A stretch of DNA of 64,000 nt, taken from Lytechinus pictus. Lineage: Eukaryota. Position 1 is the stretch's first letter; the number at the start of each line of letters is the position of its first letter. Positions 37,301-49,369 of the stretch are shown here, one piece after another. The position numbers were made by a program, and so were the translations under genes. Below the pieces are notes generated by a model. It ran no database searches and was not told where the DNA came from. It saw only the letters and a program-made list of their open reading frames with translations. Location of the stretch: contig NC_087252.1 in NCBI RefSeq assembly GCF_037042905.1, positions 18,726,001-18,790,000 of the forward strand. The letters run 5' to 3'.

Positions 37301-39658
37301 TCCCTGCGAGCGTAGTCTGCTAACTCCGTGTGTACGCTCGCCAGTCGTTGTTATAGCATGGTATCCGTCGAGTTTCTCCCCCAGCGAGTTCGGCGAGGAG
37401 CACAGTACAGGCAACGGTAACATTGTAAACAAAAATATGTGGACTTACTTACCCTTATGCTGTCCCTCCAACCTGTAGTTCACATGTTACTTAAGTTTGT
37501 TTTGACGTTCATGTAAACGTATATTCATGAAAACGTATTGGAGATGTTTCTGTGAAAATTTTGACTACAAATTTCCTCGTGCGACAAGATGCAAGATTGG
37601 TTGAACCACGGGATACATTGCACTATACTGCGACCGCCATTGGCCACGCTCGCTAGCTGAGCAAAACATTCACGTACATATTTTTGCGGGTACGACATTA
37701 TCTTTATGGTGTACGATGATTGTGTTCATGTTTTTCACGTCATATTTCAACGCATGCATTGGGGAAGGGAAATTGGAAGAAAAATGGAGAAAAGAAAGAA
37801 AGGGAAAAGTAAACAAAAGGAAGAAGAAAACAAGAAAACAAGAAAATGGACAAGAAAAGGAAAAGAAAGAACATGGAAAGAAGAAAGGGAATGAAAGAGG
37901 AAAAGGAAGCGACTGATGTCGGCCTATATACTACAGTGAGAAAGAACAATCGCGAAATACTAATAAATGATGGGGATTAAAAAAAAAATATATATATAAG
38001 AGATTGGAAAATAGAACAGGTATTTATCTCGGGAATGGGAAGGAAATGAGGCATAAGGAAACAGGAAATTAGAATGGAACAAGTTAATATGATAGCAGGG
38101 GCGGATCCAGCTTTCGCCAATATTGGGGGGGGGGGGATTTTTCATCCATATTTTCCACGATCGACCGCTATAAGCGGGGGGGGGGGGGTAGCTGGTTACT
38201 TTTTTTTTCCAAAACCGTGTACAAAAACGTAAAAATTACCATAGGATTGTGATTTTTTGCGTGGTCAGCCCCCCCCCCCCCGACTTTGATTTGAAAACCG
38301 TTCCGCGGCCCCCTGTAACAGTCAGCTGAAAGCTGAAATTTTCCTGAAAAACTTTTCCTGAAAAAAAAAAAACGTTCTGAGTAATGTTTTTGATCCTGAG
38401 CAAGATTCGTATATCTAACTAATAACTACTGCGAACATGAATGTGAAGTGCGAGCCTGATAGAAAGGGACCTGTTCTAATTGCAGTATAGCCATGACGAT
38501 ACGTAGGCCTATTTCACTAAAATCGAATAATGTGAGTGCGGAGTGCGAGTCGATCATTTTTGACATTCAAACCAAGAAAATTGACATTCTAAGCATTTTT
38601 TGTAATCCTGACCCGGATAGGTACCCGGGATATGTATATAACTAAACAATACGAGCGCTAAGCGCGATGGGAAAAAATGTGAGATTTAGAGCTAAAAACG
38701 GGGCACTATACTATAGCATGACTAGTATTCGTATCTTGTAATTCGTGAAGATGGGTATAATTAGGTGTAAGAAATGAGGTCTTACTTAAAATAAATATAT
38801 CTGATTGACTCACCAGCACTGGGTTCCTTTATGCAAAGGCGAAGATGTAGAAAATCAAATGACTATAAATTCATCGGGATCCTTTAATGCGATGTCCATG
38901 AACAAGATAAATGCGAAATATATATATATACAACAGATGGAGAAGAACGATGTCGCGATGAAGAACGACCGCGCCCGTGAGGCCTCAGCGAAACGCGTCG
39001 CGAATAGGGTGACACGAGATGTTCTCCTAGAGATATTGCACGCTCCCACTTGGATAACACAAGCGATGGATATATATTTACATATGTCGAAATCAAAAGG
39101 ATGAAAATGAAGAACTTGAAATCCTGATGATGTAAAATAAATCCAGAGTATGAGCTATTTGTTGAGTTGCAAAAAAGATGACTAGCAGAAATTGTACATG
39201 TCCTTACTAGGTGAAGACTTTCTACTGAGTGTGTTGGAGTGTCAAAATTAACCTTGAGGTTGCTCTCAGCTTAAATCTGACTGGCTAGTAGTTGCTAAGT
39301 GAGAAAAACATCCACTTAGAAATAGACAGGAGCATTCCATGGCTTAGAAAATGAACATGAAAGAATTCCTGGCTGTTGTGTGAACATCTTGAATAAAAGA
39401 TGACTGGGCCAGTAGGCGCACAAAAGAATCGAGTTGAATAGGCTAACTGAGAAGTGCTCCATCAAAATAATTAATTAAGTTGTAAATCAGCTGTCTTTGC
39501 ATGATCAATGTAAACAAAGTAGTGATCAAGCTCTGATCATGTTGAAATCAGTGTTTGATGAAAAGAAAACCACTTCAGTACTCCCCTCCTAGATCAACGA
39601 ACAAGAGTTAAGTTGATCGATACAAAGCATTGGTCCCATGATAATGTAAGATGTCCTT

Positions 39659-42600
39659 TCATCCATTGGAAAACTGGGCAAAACGAGCTGGAAAATGGAC
39701 GCGGCGACCTGATCTGGTTGTCCGCACCGGTGGAGTAGAGGTAGTAGGAGTAGGTAGCGATGAAAATGATGCATGATGTAGAAATGAATTGTCCATGCTT
39801 GTAGTAGATGGCAGATGAGCAACCTTGAGACGATCAACGCTGACGGAATCATTCTTCCCTTTCACATCCAAAATGAAAAACTTTGGCGTCCTACTAACAA
39901 CTCTGTAAGGTCCATCATATTGCGGTTGAAGTGACGGCCGGACAGCATCACACCTGATAAATACATGCGAGCAATCTTGCAAATCAGGTGGAACATGCGA
40001 TGTAGTAGTTTGAGAACGTGTTCGTGCAGGGTTGATGTCAATCATATAGTTGCGAAGGCGATGAACATAGTCGCCTGGGTTGGAGAAAGAGTCTGGAGTT
40101 GTTGGTGCCACCAGCTGACCTGGAACCTTCAGTGTAGTTCCATACACCAGTTCTGCTGGTGTACATCCAAGATCCTCTTTTACCGTTGTGCGTATGCCCA
40201 AAAGTGCGATCGGCAAAAACTCTTGCCATTTGCTGTGATCAGATTGCGCTCGAAGTGCTGCTTTGAGCTGACGATGGAATCTTTCCACAATACCATTGGC
40301 CGCAGGGTGATACGCAGTGGTGCATGTACGAGAGCTCCCAATAAGTGAAGTGAGTGCTTGGAAGAGTTGCGATTCAAACTGCCTACCTCTGTCCGTGGTG
40401 ATGGTCGAGGGTGCGCCAAATCGGGAAATCCACTCATGCACAAGTGTCTTGGCGACAGTCTCTGCTGTAATGTCTGATATTGGGAAAGCATCGGCCCATC
40501 TTGTAAACCGATCAATACAGGTTAACATGTAACAATATCCATTTGACGAAGGCAATGGCCCGACTAAGTCTACATGAATATGACTGAATCTGGCGTCTGG
40601 CGCAGTGTAGGTTCCAAGTGGTGCCTTGATATGTCGGTGGATCTTAGAGCGCTGGCAAGATAGGCATGAACGAGCCCATGTACGTATGTCCTTGTTCATA
40701 CTTGGCCAAACAAAACGTGAAGTAATCATTGTTTGGGTAGAGCGTACACCAGGATGTGACATATTATGCAACGCTTCAAATACCATGCGGCGGTGTTTCT
40801 TCGGGACGTAAGGTCTCTCGTGGTCTGTAGAGACATCGCACCAAATCATTCCGTCGCTTGAAGGCCGTGGTACTTGCTTAAATGTCAGTGAAGTTGATTT
40901 CTGTATCTCTTCCCATTCATCATCAATTTGGTCGGCTGCAATCTGATCAAAATCAACAGTAAATGATGTGTGAAGAGCATCCACATGCAGTCGAGACAAG
41001 GCATTAGCTACTGTGTTGTCTACACCGTGTACATGCTGAATATCTGATGTAAACTGCGAGATATAGTCCAGCTGGCGGATTTCTCTTGGAGAGTGACGGT
41101 CAGGCTTCGATCGCAAAGCGTAGGTCAACGGCTTATGATCCGTGTAGACTGTGAACTCGCGTCCCTCTAAGAAATGGCGAAAATGGCGAATCGTGAGGTG
41201 AACAGCTAATAATTCCCTACCAAAAGTGCTGTATCTAGTTTCGGTAGGTTTGAGTCGCTGTGAAAAGAACGCAATTGGCTTCCAAATACCATCAGCGTAC
41301 TGTTGAAGGACGCCACCGACTGCTACATCTGATGCATCAACCATCAAGTTAGTTTGGAGATCTGTCGAAGGATGTACAAGCAAAGCAGCATCGGCGAGTT
41401 CCTCCTTCGCACGCTCGAATGCACCGATGCGCTCTTCCGTCCACTCAACTGCCTTGGTTGATCTCTTCGGCTGACCACGGAGCATGTCTGTAAGTGGTGC
41501 GAGGATAGCTGCTGCCTTGGGGATAAATCGTCGATAAAAATTGACAAGTCCTAGAAAACGACGGAGCTGTCGAATAGAAGAAGGACGAGCAAATTCGCGG
41601 ATCTCCTCTACGCGCTTCTCGAGGGGTCGAATGCCATCTGCGCTGATGTGATGTCCCAAGAAGATGAGAGAGCTCACACCAAACACACACTTGGCAGGGT
41701 TGATCACAATACCATACTCGTGAAGGCGAGCAAAAAGAAGTCGGAGATGTTCTTTATGCTCTTCCTCTGTTGCACTAGCAACTAGCATGTCGTCGATGTA
41801 CACAAAGACAAAAGGCAAGCCCCTGACCACTTCGTCCATCAAACGCTGGAAGGATTGGGCTGCATTTCGAAGTCCGAAAGGCATTCGCGTAAACTCGAAG
41901 AGTCCGAAGGGTGTGGTAATTGCCGTCTTCGGTATATCAGATGGTTCAACGGGTATCTGATGGTATGCCTTGACGAGATCTATCTTCCAAAAGATCTTCT
42001 TGCCATTCAATGATGCTGTAAAGTCCTGGATATGTGGGACTGGGTAGCGATCTGGTACAGTTCGAGCGTTAAGAGCACGGTAATCCCCACATGGGCGCCA
42101 ATCACCTGGTGTAGATTTGGGAACCATGTGGAGCGGGGATGCCCAATTGCTGCTCGACAGTCTAGCGATCCCCAGTTCCTGCATATGTTCGAACTCAGAA
42201 CGTGCTATTGTCAGGCGATCAGCAGCTAAACGACGTGGACGTGCGGAACATGGAGGTCCTGTCGTTACAATGTGGTGCGTAACAGATTGTTTGACAGCTT
42301 TGGGGCGATAGTCAGGACGAGTGATGTCTGGGTACTCCTTTAAGATGGCGTTATACTCATCACTGCCTGTAGTCGATGAACGTGAAAACATAGGACTGAC
42401 AGACTGCGTGTGAAGTGGAGCACGGATGCCGTAGATCGTTAGCTTTGTAGTGGAGTTAAGAAGTTTTCGATGCTTAACATCTACAACCAGTCCAAATTCA
42501 TTCAAGAAATCGGCTCCAATAATGGGTGTAGGAAGATCGGCAATCACGAAAACAAAACGAAAAGTCCTTCGAAGGCCCAAGTCCAAAGTGATGGAGCGTT

Positions 42601-42805
42601 CACCATACGTAGGAATGCGAAACTCGTTAACCGCTTCCAATGTGAACTCTGAATGTGTATGCCGTTGTCTGTCAACTGCAGATGGCGTGATTATGCTGAC
42701 TTCAGCTCCAGTATCTACTAAAAATTGAGTACCACTGATCCGATCATGAATGTAGAACAAGCGACCATTTTTATTCTTAGCACCAGCACGGGTCGTCGCT
42801 CTCAA
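39659..42805 (-). CDS. pol: Pol polyprotein (protease, RT, RNase H, integrase), uninterrupted; probably expressed by -1 frameshift
   Basis: 1048-aa ORF with LVDTGA, YIDD, MVDASD, HHCC zinc finger and DLVGP / TDRG / VERFHR DDE motifs. Confidence 0.97.
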   Translation of the reverse strand: MRATTRAGAKNKNGRLFYIHDRISGTQFLVDTGAEVSIITPSAVDRQRHTHSEFTLEAVNEFRIPTYGERSITLDLGLRRTFRFVFVIADLPTPIIGADFLNEFGLVVDVKHRKLLNSTTKLTIYGIRAPLHTQSVSPMFSRSSTTGSDEYNAILKEYPDITRPDYRPKAVKQSVTHHIVTTGPPCSARPRRLAADRLTIARSEFEHMQELGIARLSSSNWASPLHMVPKSTPGDWRPCGDYRALNARTVPDRYPVPHIQDFTASLNGKKIFWKIDLVKAYHQIPVEPSDIPKTAITTPFGLFEFTRMPFGLRNAAQSFQRLMDEVVRGLPFVFVYIDDMLVASATEEEHKEHLRLLFARLHEYGIVINPAKCVFGVSSLIFLGHHISADGIRPLEKRVEEIREFARPSSIRQLRRFLGLVNFYRRFIPKAAAILAPLTDMLRGQPKRSTKAVEWTEERIGAFERAKEELADAALLVHPSTDLQTNLMVDASDVAVGGVLQQYADGIWKPIAFFSQRLKPTETRYSTFGRELLAVHLTIRHFRHFLEGREFTVYTDHKPLTYALRSKPDRHSPREIRQLDYISQFTSDIQHVHGVDNTVANALSRLHVDALHTSFTVDFDQIAADQIDDEWEEIQKSTSLTFKQVPRPSSDGMIWCDVSTDHERPYVPKKHRRMVFEALHNMSHPGVRSTQTMITSRFVWPSMNKDIRTWARSCLSCQRSKIHRHIKAPLGTYTAPDARFSHIHVDLVGPLPSSNGYCYMLTCIDRFTRWADAFPISDITAETVAKTLVHEWISRFGAPSTITTDRGRQFESQLFQALTSLIGSSRTCTTAYHPAANGIVERFHRQLKAALRAQSDHSKWQEFLPIALLGIRTTVKEDLGCTPAELVYGTTLKVPGQLVAPTTPDSFSNPGDYVHRLRNYMIDINPARTRSQTTTSHVPPDLQDCSHVFIRCDAVRPSLQPQYDGPYRVVSRTPKFFILDVKGKNDSVSVDRLKVAHLPSTTSMDNSFLHHASFSSLPTPTTSTPPVRTTRSGRRVHFPARFAQFSNG

Positions 42806-42829
42806 TCCCGGCTGGCTCTGTCGTTTCCC
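42759..42829 (-). other. Programmed -1 ribosomal frameshift signal (G GGA AAC plus predicted pseudoknot)
   Basis: Slippery heptamer 42829-42823 in the gag frame; pol is in the -1 frame; 6-nt spacer; stem1 GCCAGCCGGG/CCCGUGCUGGU and stem2 GAGCGAC/GUCGCUU. Confidence 0.8.
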
Positions 42830-43683
42830 TGAGCATGGGTGTTGGAAGAAGGCTGTTGTTGAGAATCACTCGAAAACAAAGAAGCGTGATTAAAGTTACA
42901 TGGCGGTGTACACTTGCGAGCTCCTGCACCATGTTTCCAGTGATACCAACAGAGAGGACGCTTTTGACTGCTACTCCTGCTACGTTGTCTATTTGGACGA
43001 TGAGGGCGCCTATTAGGAGATCGACCACTTTCATGTTGAAGTTGCGTAGTCAATGATTGCACTTGAAATGTAAGTCTGTCTACTTGCTGTCTAAGTTGTG
43101 ACAACTCTGAACTAGAAGTAGAAGACGAGGGCGAACTAACAGCAGAAACAGTACTTGTTGAACCAACATCAATGATTCTATCAGCCAAGTCTGCCAACTG
43201 TGTCACCTTCATGTCGTCGCGGCTTGACGCTAGAATTGTCTGGACATGATGTGTAAGTCGCTGCAAAAATAATTGTTTGAAGATTGTTTCATCAAGATGA
43301 TCACTTCCAAGCAGTTGCTCCATTCTACGTAATAACTGGGAGGGTTTTCGATCCCCTAGTTCCTCTTGGGTAAGTAGCTGGTGGAGTCTTTTCTGCTCTG
43401 AGACAGATGTCCTGCGAATCAATTCCGCTTTGAGGTGCGAGTACGGTGTGTCCTTAGGAGGGCTCATTAAAATATCCCTGACTTCCTGCGCAATCTCAGG
43501 TTGAAGTGCAGACACAATGTACGCAAACTGAGTCTCCTCTGAAGTAATTCCCCTCGTCGTGAACTGAGCTTGTACTTGAGCGAACCATACAGCGGGATCG
43601 TTCGGCCAGTATGGGGGAAGCTTTAAAGCGACTGCAGCGACATGCGATACCTCAGCAGATGGATTAGCTGATTGTTGATTCAT
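42802..43683 (-). CDS. gag: Gag protein
   Basis: First ATG after the PBS at 43683. [18 protein letters not shown] and [18 protein letters not shown] motifs are typical of this Gypsy gag type. Confidence 0.93.
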   Translation of the reverse strand: MNQQSANPSAEVSHVAAVALKLPPYWPNDPAVWFAQVQAQFTTRGITSEETQFAYIVSALQPEIAQEVRDILMSPPKDTPYSHLKAELIRRTSVSEQKRLHQLLTQEELGDRKPSQLLRRMEQLLGSDHLDETIFKQLFLQRLTHHVQTILASSRDDMKVTQLADLADRIIDVGSTSTVSAVSSPSSSTSSSELSQLRQQVDRLTFQVQSLTTQLQHESGRSPNRRPHRPNRQRSRSSSQKRPLCWYHWKHGAGARKCTPPCNFNHASLFSSDSQQQPSSNTHAQGNDRASRD

Positions 43684-46529
43684 GATGAAAATTGTTGCGA
43701 CTCGAAAAACGGGGTCACCAATTGTAAGAAATGAGGTCTTACTTAAAATAAATATATCTGATTGACTCACCAGCACTGGGTTCCTTTATGCAAAGGCGAA
43801 GATGTAGAAAATCAAATGACTATAAATTCATCGGGATCCTTTAATGCGATGTCCATGAACAAGATAAATGCGAAATATATATATATACAACAGATGGAGA
43901 AGAACGATGTCGCGATGAAGAACGACCGCGCCCGTGAGGCCTCAGCGAAACGCGTCGCGAATAGGGTGACACGAGATGTTCTCCTAGAGATATTGCACGC
44001 TCCCACTTGGATAACACAAGCGATGGATATATATTTACATATGTCGAAATCAAAAGGATGAAAATGAAGAACTTGAAATCCTGATGATGTAAAATAAATC
44101 CAGAGTATGAGCTATTTGTTGAGTTGCAAAAAAGATGACTAGCAGAAATTGTACATGTCCTTACTAGGTGAAGACTTTCTACTGAGTGTGTTGGAGTGTC
44201 AAAATTAACCTTGAGGTTGCTCTCAGCTTAAATCTGACTGGCTAGTAGTTGCTAAGTGAGAAAAACATCCACTTAGAAATAGACAGGAGCATTCCATGGC
44301 TTAGAAAATGAACATGAAAGAATTCCTGGCTGTTGTGTGAACATCTTGAATAAAAGATGACTGGGCCAGTAGGTGCACAAAAGAATCGAGTTGAATAGGC
44401 TAACTGAGAAGTGCTCCATCAAAAGAATTAATTAAGTTGTAAATCAGCTGTCTTTGCATGATCAATGTAAACAAAGTAGTGATCAAGCTCTGATCATGTT
44501 GAAATCAGTGTTTGATGAAAAGAAAACCACTACATAGGTATCTTCCTACATCTATATTGCGAGCGCGAAGTGCGAGCAGAAAATTTTTGATATTTTGATC
44601 TGAAAACGTCAATATAAGCACTAGTTTCAAACAATGAAAATGAAAATTGTAAATTGGAGTTGGATCGCACTTAAGATTCGAGCGCGAAGCGCGAGCTGAT
44701 ATTTTAAGGACATTTTGTCATCATATGAAAATGGTAATTATCTTCCTATTAGTCTCCCTAATCACGAGATGAAACTTGTCGACATTCTGAAAATAAGACA
44801 ATATAATTGTTGGGAATTCATGAAATTGTTATCTTATTTACTACTCTGATAAGCCCGATGAGAGCGAGAACAAGTTCGGAAAACTGGATATTCTTAGCAT
44901 TTTTGTATTAATGAATAGAAGACATTGGTTGATACATCTTTAACAATTAGTGCAAGCACAATCACGAACCGATAACTTGTCATGAAAAGGGATTTTGAAT
45001 AGTTTGTTATAGAGTTACATTTCTCACCAATCAAAATGCGAGCGCGCATCGCTAGCTGATAGGTTTTGACAATGACCTGAAAAGGAATATTTTGAGAATT
45101 TATGGAATATATGAGAACTAGAGAATGGGTACTGAATGCTGCTAGCTAGCGCGTGGTGTGAGCTGCATTGATAATGAGACATAAAACGGATTACGGCTGC
45201 ACATTAAAAAAAAATGTAAATCGAACAAAATAATAACAGCTCGATGTCCGAGCTGAAATAGGTTTTGTATATCACACACACACATAAATATATATACATA
45301 TATATATATATATACACCATATCGGTCTATTGAGGAAGATTTGTATCTCGACATCAAACATGCGAGCGAAAAACTTAAATAATGATATGAAAGATTCTTT
45401 TTTTCCAAGCCTTCCCCTCACCTTATTTTATTTACTTGACTTTCTCCTCTATCCCCCATTCTTTTTCTCTCTTCTCTTTTCCCTTTTCCTTTTTTTTAAT
45501 TTTTTTTTTTCGTTTTCTTCATTTTATTTTTTTCGTTTTTCCGCCACTATAGGGGGACCCGGGTACTTCGCCCCCTGGATCGGCCTATGCGATGAAACTG
45601 AATTGAAAAATGAAGAGAAGGGATTAAGGAAAGGTGGAATTGGGCCCATAAAAACACATCCGGATTGACGATCGAGGATTATTAACAAAAAAGAACGGGA
45701 GGAAAAGAATGTGATGACGTATGTGCCATGAAGTCTGGAATAGCTTGCTAATTTTTTATTGCTGAATTTCGGCGAGGTTTCGGGGGTACCACCCCAGCAT
45801 TATATCCTAGTTAATGTTAAATCCTAGCCAAAGAATTTGGGGGCATACCCCCCCCCCCCCATTTTCGCTTTCACCGCCGTATATGTATGGGTGTCCAGTG
45901 TCGGTCTTTACGGGGTTGGATAACTGACACAGTTAAGTTTGGTCCCTGATGGGAGTATTTTTTTTTTTTACATTTAGGCATATTATTTATCAATATCATT
46001 ATGATTATTTTTTTTTGAGGGGGGGGGGGGGGTGGTCAGTTCCATAACCAGTCTTAAATTTGTATGGGGGACAGAATTGCACAAAAGGATAAAATCATTA
46101 CGAGAAAAGCTGCGAGCGAGCATTTTTTTTTTACCAGAATAATTTGTACTTATTGACTAGACTTGAAAAATGAATATTTTAGGGCAGTTGATATCCTCTT
46201 GAACATGTTGAACAGATTGTTATGTCGCTCAAGTCAATGCGAGTGTGAAGCGTGAGCAAATTTTTTGTTTATATTATTAACTATTTCTTTTTTATTATCT
46301 ATCCCTTCCCCAGGTTTATTATACTTTCTTCCTTCTTTTATAATTTTCTTCCCTAACTCATCTTTTCATTCCCTCCCTCTTCCTTTTCTTTACTGAGCTT
46401 CCCTTTTCGCCGCCAATAGAGGGGGGGGGGGCTAAGTGGCCGCTTCGCCCCCATGGATTTGAAAGCCTTGCCTATATACATAATGATCCTGTCTTCATTA
46501 CAGAATATTTTCACTTTAAATTTCCAGAA

Positions 46530-47507
46530 AAGCGGATCTAGGGGCGAGGGACCGTCCCCCTTTTTGGCGTAGCAAAAACAAAAAGAAAAAATGGGGAAAG
46601 AAACAAAAACGGAAAAGAAGAGGGAAAAGAAATAAGTGAAATATGAGGAGGAAGACGAATGAATAAAATAAGATGAGGGGAAGACTTGGAAAATAAAACA
46701 AATCTTTCATGTCACTTTATAAAATTTTCGCTCACTGTTCGTGCTCGCATAGCCTGGTAGGTGATGTACATATCATGCACAATATGGACTTTGAAGTATC
46801 ACATTTTAAAGTCAATATACAGAACATACTTCAGCTCAGTAATCGAACTTTCATTTCAAAAGTTACAAATCGATTTTTAGCAAGTGTTCTGTAAAAATGT
46901 CACTTTTATGGTCTGAATATTAGTATCTTCTACTCGCGCTGTGTAAAAATTGATTGGTTTATAGGTAGGCCTTTATACCTATATTATTTTCTAGGTCTAC
47001 CTATATACGCTCGCGCCTCGCTCTCGCATCATTGTTCAGTGATATACCTATCCTGTTCACGTTTACAAAAACAGCTTAGAATTTCCCTTCTTTAGGTAAA
47101 AAACATTGCGCTCGCACTATTTTATTGTTGAAACATGTAACGCATTCATTGCTAACTGCAAGAAGTCCTTGACAAAAAAAAATCTTCTCACTCTTCGCAG
47201 TAATTATTTGCATACACAATTTGTTCAGGACCACAAAAATTGCCTAGAATTATCAAATTTTAGGACAAAGCACATACAATTTCAAAAACAAAATTAGTTC
47301 GCGCTTCGCGCTCGAACTATTCAGATAAGGTATGAGATTATTATTTATTCATGCTGATTTTCAAGAATAAAGGTAGAGAGGTGCACTGTTAGGACTATAC
47401 CCCTTCAAATAAACATACACAAATCAACTTCGAGCTGCCGATCGGGGAAAATATGGCAGAAACATATATGATCCGCCCCCGATCAGCGAAGGCTGGATCC
47501 GTGTCTG
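46530..47507 (-). mobile_element. Second, inverted copy of the 38096-45589 element family
   Basis: 46666-46715 matches the reverse complement of 45385-45435, and 47432-47500 matches the reverse complement of 38100-38170. Confidence 0.65.
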
Positions 47508-48339
47508 TATCCGATATATTATTTGTAAAGATGCCTCTACAAAGGAGCTATGGAGTTCTTTACTAAATTGTATTTCTGCTCAGACTCGTTAGAAAGGTGC
47601 AAATTGGAAACTTGAAACTGAGCATGAACCCAATGCCATTTGGCCAGGGTATAGGTGCATGAACAACTTTTGTTTCTTAGCAATCGATTTATGAGTATAG
47701 TTGATGTAATTTCCAGTCAATATCAAATTGGAAAGAATGTGTCAGGCAAGCTCGCCAACAATAGTAAAAAAAAAGTACTTATAAAATTTTACGTTGTGAA
47801 GAAAGTTTGAAAATGGTCACTCGTTTCGTGTTAGATGTCAATTATGATTTATTGGAACGGGTAAAATGAACATTGAGCATTGTCACAGCACCTCCAGTAA
47901 CAATATAGATCATCCTCCGTGGCCAGGTCCATGATTATTTCAATGCACTATATGAATTATGTTGCAATAATTTAGGCCGATAACGCAACATATTTTTTTA
48001 CAGCTTTTCTCTCATAAATACAGTCCGATTTACAATATCCGGATATTTATCCATTTTATAATGAGGGACGTACGTATATGTGCATGACTTGTTTGTCAAG
48101 CTAGAAACGAAAATTTGCAATAAAGTTTTGAAGGCTCCATCTTTGTCAGAACAAATTCCCGACGACGCGATCTAGCTCCCCCCTTCTTCAGTTCTTTCTT
48201 TCTTTATCTACTAATTTCTCTCTTGCATTTTTCTTCTCGTTCTCAATTTTTCTTGCTTATAAATGACTTGAAAATCAGTGCTTATAATTAAATCATTGTC
48301 CCTGCAATTTTTGCACCGCGCACATGGTTCAATGTTTAA

Positions 48340-48815
48340 AGGTCCCGTCCACCCCAGAAAGTGCTGATTTGAATCAATTAATAGAAAAAAATCTAACAAG
48401 CATGATTTTGAAAATTTCACCAAAACCGGATGTGAAATGAATGCAATGAAATTGTTTGAATTATACAATCTTAGAGATTTGAAAATAAGGACCAACTTGA
48501 CTGCAACCATTAAAATGTAATCCACAACGGTTATTCCACATATTCAGGAGAAAGTAACACTTTTTGTCACATTTCAATGAGGAGGAAATTAGATAGTCAT
48601 ATTTCATATACAAAAAGAGGTGTATGCCGTCATCAGTCATACAGAACAGGATGTGCATATAAATTACTGTTCTGTGAAATTATGATCATAAAAAAATCTT
48701 ACATCCGATTATTATGATCATAAAATCATGATCACATACAAATTTACATCCGATTTTAATGAAATGTTCAGTGCTTGGATTTTTCTTTTTATTCAAATAA
48801 ACCTTGGAATGGACT
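48340..48815. mobile_element. Kolobok-like MITE (decayed)
   Basis: Starts TTAA|AGGTCCCGTCCACCCC. GAAAATTTCACCAAAACCGGATGTGAA is mirrored by TTTACATCCGATTTTAATGAAATGTTC. Confidence 0.55.
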
Positions 48816-49021
48816 CCACCGACTCCATTGGACTTCAAGTTCGTTCAATCGATCGCTGTGCTTCCTTCATGTGGATACGAAACATATTGGACGTACGCTT
48901 AGTAGCAGATCAAGTGACCGTTTGCCATATTTTTACACATGAATATGACCCCAACCCCCCAAAACACGTTATAAAAATCATATATTCATTCGAGTCTCAA
49001 CTCTCAAGTATAATTAAGAAG

Positions 49022-49369
49022 CACTATAGCGTACATACGGGGGACAGTCTGTCCCCCCGACGACCTACAACCCATAAAAAGGACGTATCACTGCCCCCCC
49101 CCCTGACGAGCTTGAAATACCTTTTTTGCCCCCCCCCTGACCCTGACGAGCTTGAAGACCTTTATTGCCCCCCCCCCCCCCTGACGAGCTTGAAGCCCTT
49201 TTTTGTTTGCTTGTCAATTTTTTTTCTGGTACGAAATCCTTTATTTGCTTGTCAATTTTTTTCTAGTTCGAAATAATTTTTTGTGATTGAAGACCTTTTT
49301 TTTTGCTTGTCAATTTTTTGGCGGACGGTCCCCCCCCCCCCCCTGTGGAAAATCCTAGGTACGCCACTG
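49022..49369 (-). mobile_element. hAT-like MITE, same family as 12620-12945
   Basis: Ends with AATCCTAGGTACGCCACTG; internal CCCTGACGAGCTTGAA repeats; TSD TTAAGAAG/ATAAGAAG. Confidence 0.85.

Larger units (their letters stand above)
38766..44534 (-). mobile_element. Near-intact young Ty3/Gypsy LTR retrotransposon
   Basis: 812-bp LTRs (38766-39577, 43723-44534) differing at about 3 positions by eye; TSD TAGG; PBS TGGTGACCCCG (43710-43720, tRNA-Trp); PPT AGGAGGGGAG (~39581-39590). Confidence 0.98.
38096..45589 (+). mobile_element. ~1.7-kb non-autonomous element with internal GCGAGCGCGAAGCGCGAGC repeats, split by Gypsy
   Basis: Ends CAGGGGCGGATCCAG / CTGGATCGGCCTATG; the recurring motif occurs on both sides of the Gypsy. 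A related inverted copy lies at ~46530-47507. Confidence 0.65.

Noticed and set aside
36992..37432. 146-aa minus-strand ORF
   Set aside because: Non-ATG start, no domain, and it follows a likely splice donor, so probably intronic.
38805..39104. 99-aa ORF duplicated at 43762-44061
   Set aside because: It lies within the LTRs, so the duplication is explained by the LTRs. No recognisable domain.
39965..43056. Numerous short + strand and alternate-frame ORFs over gag-pol
   Set aside because: These are antisense or shadow frames of the retroelement genes.
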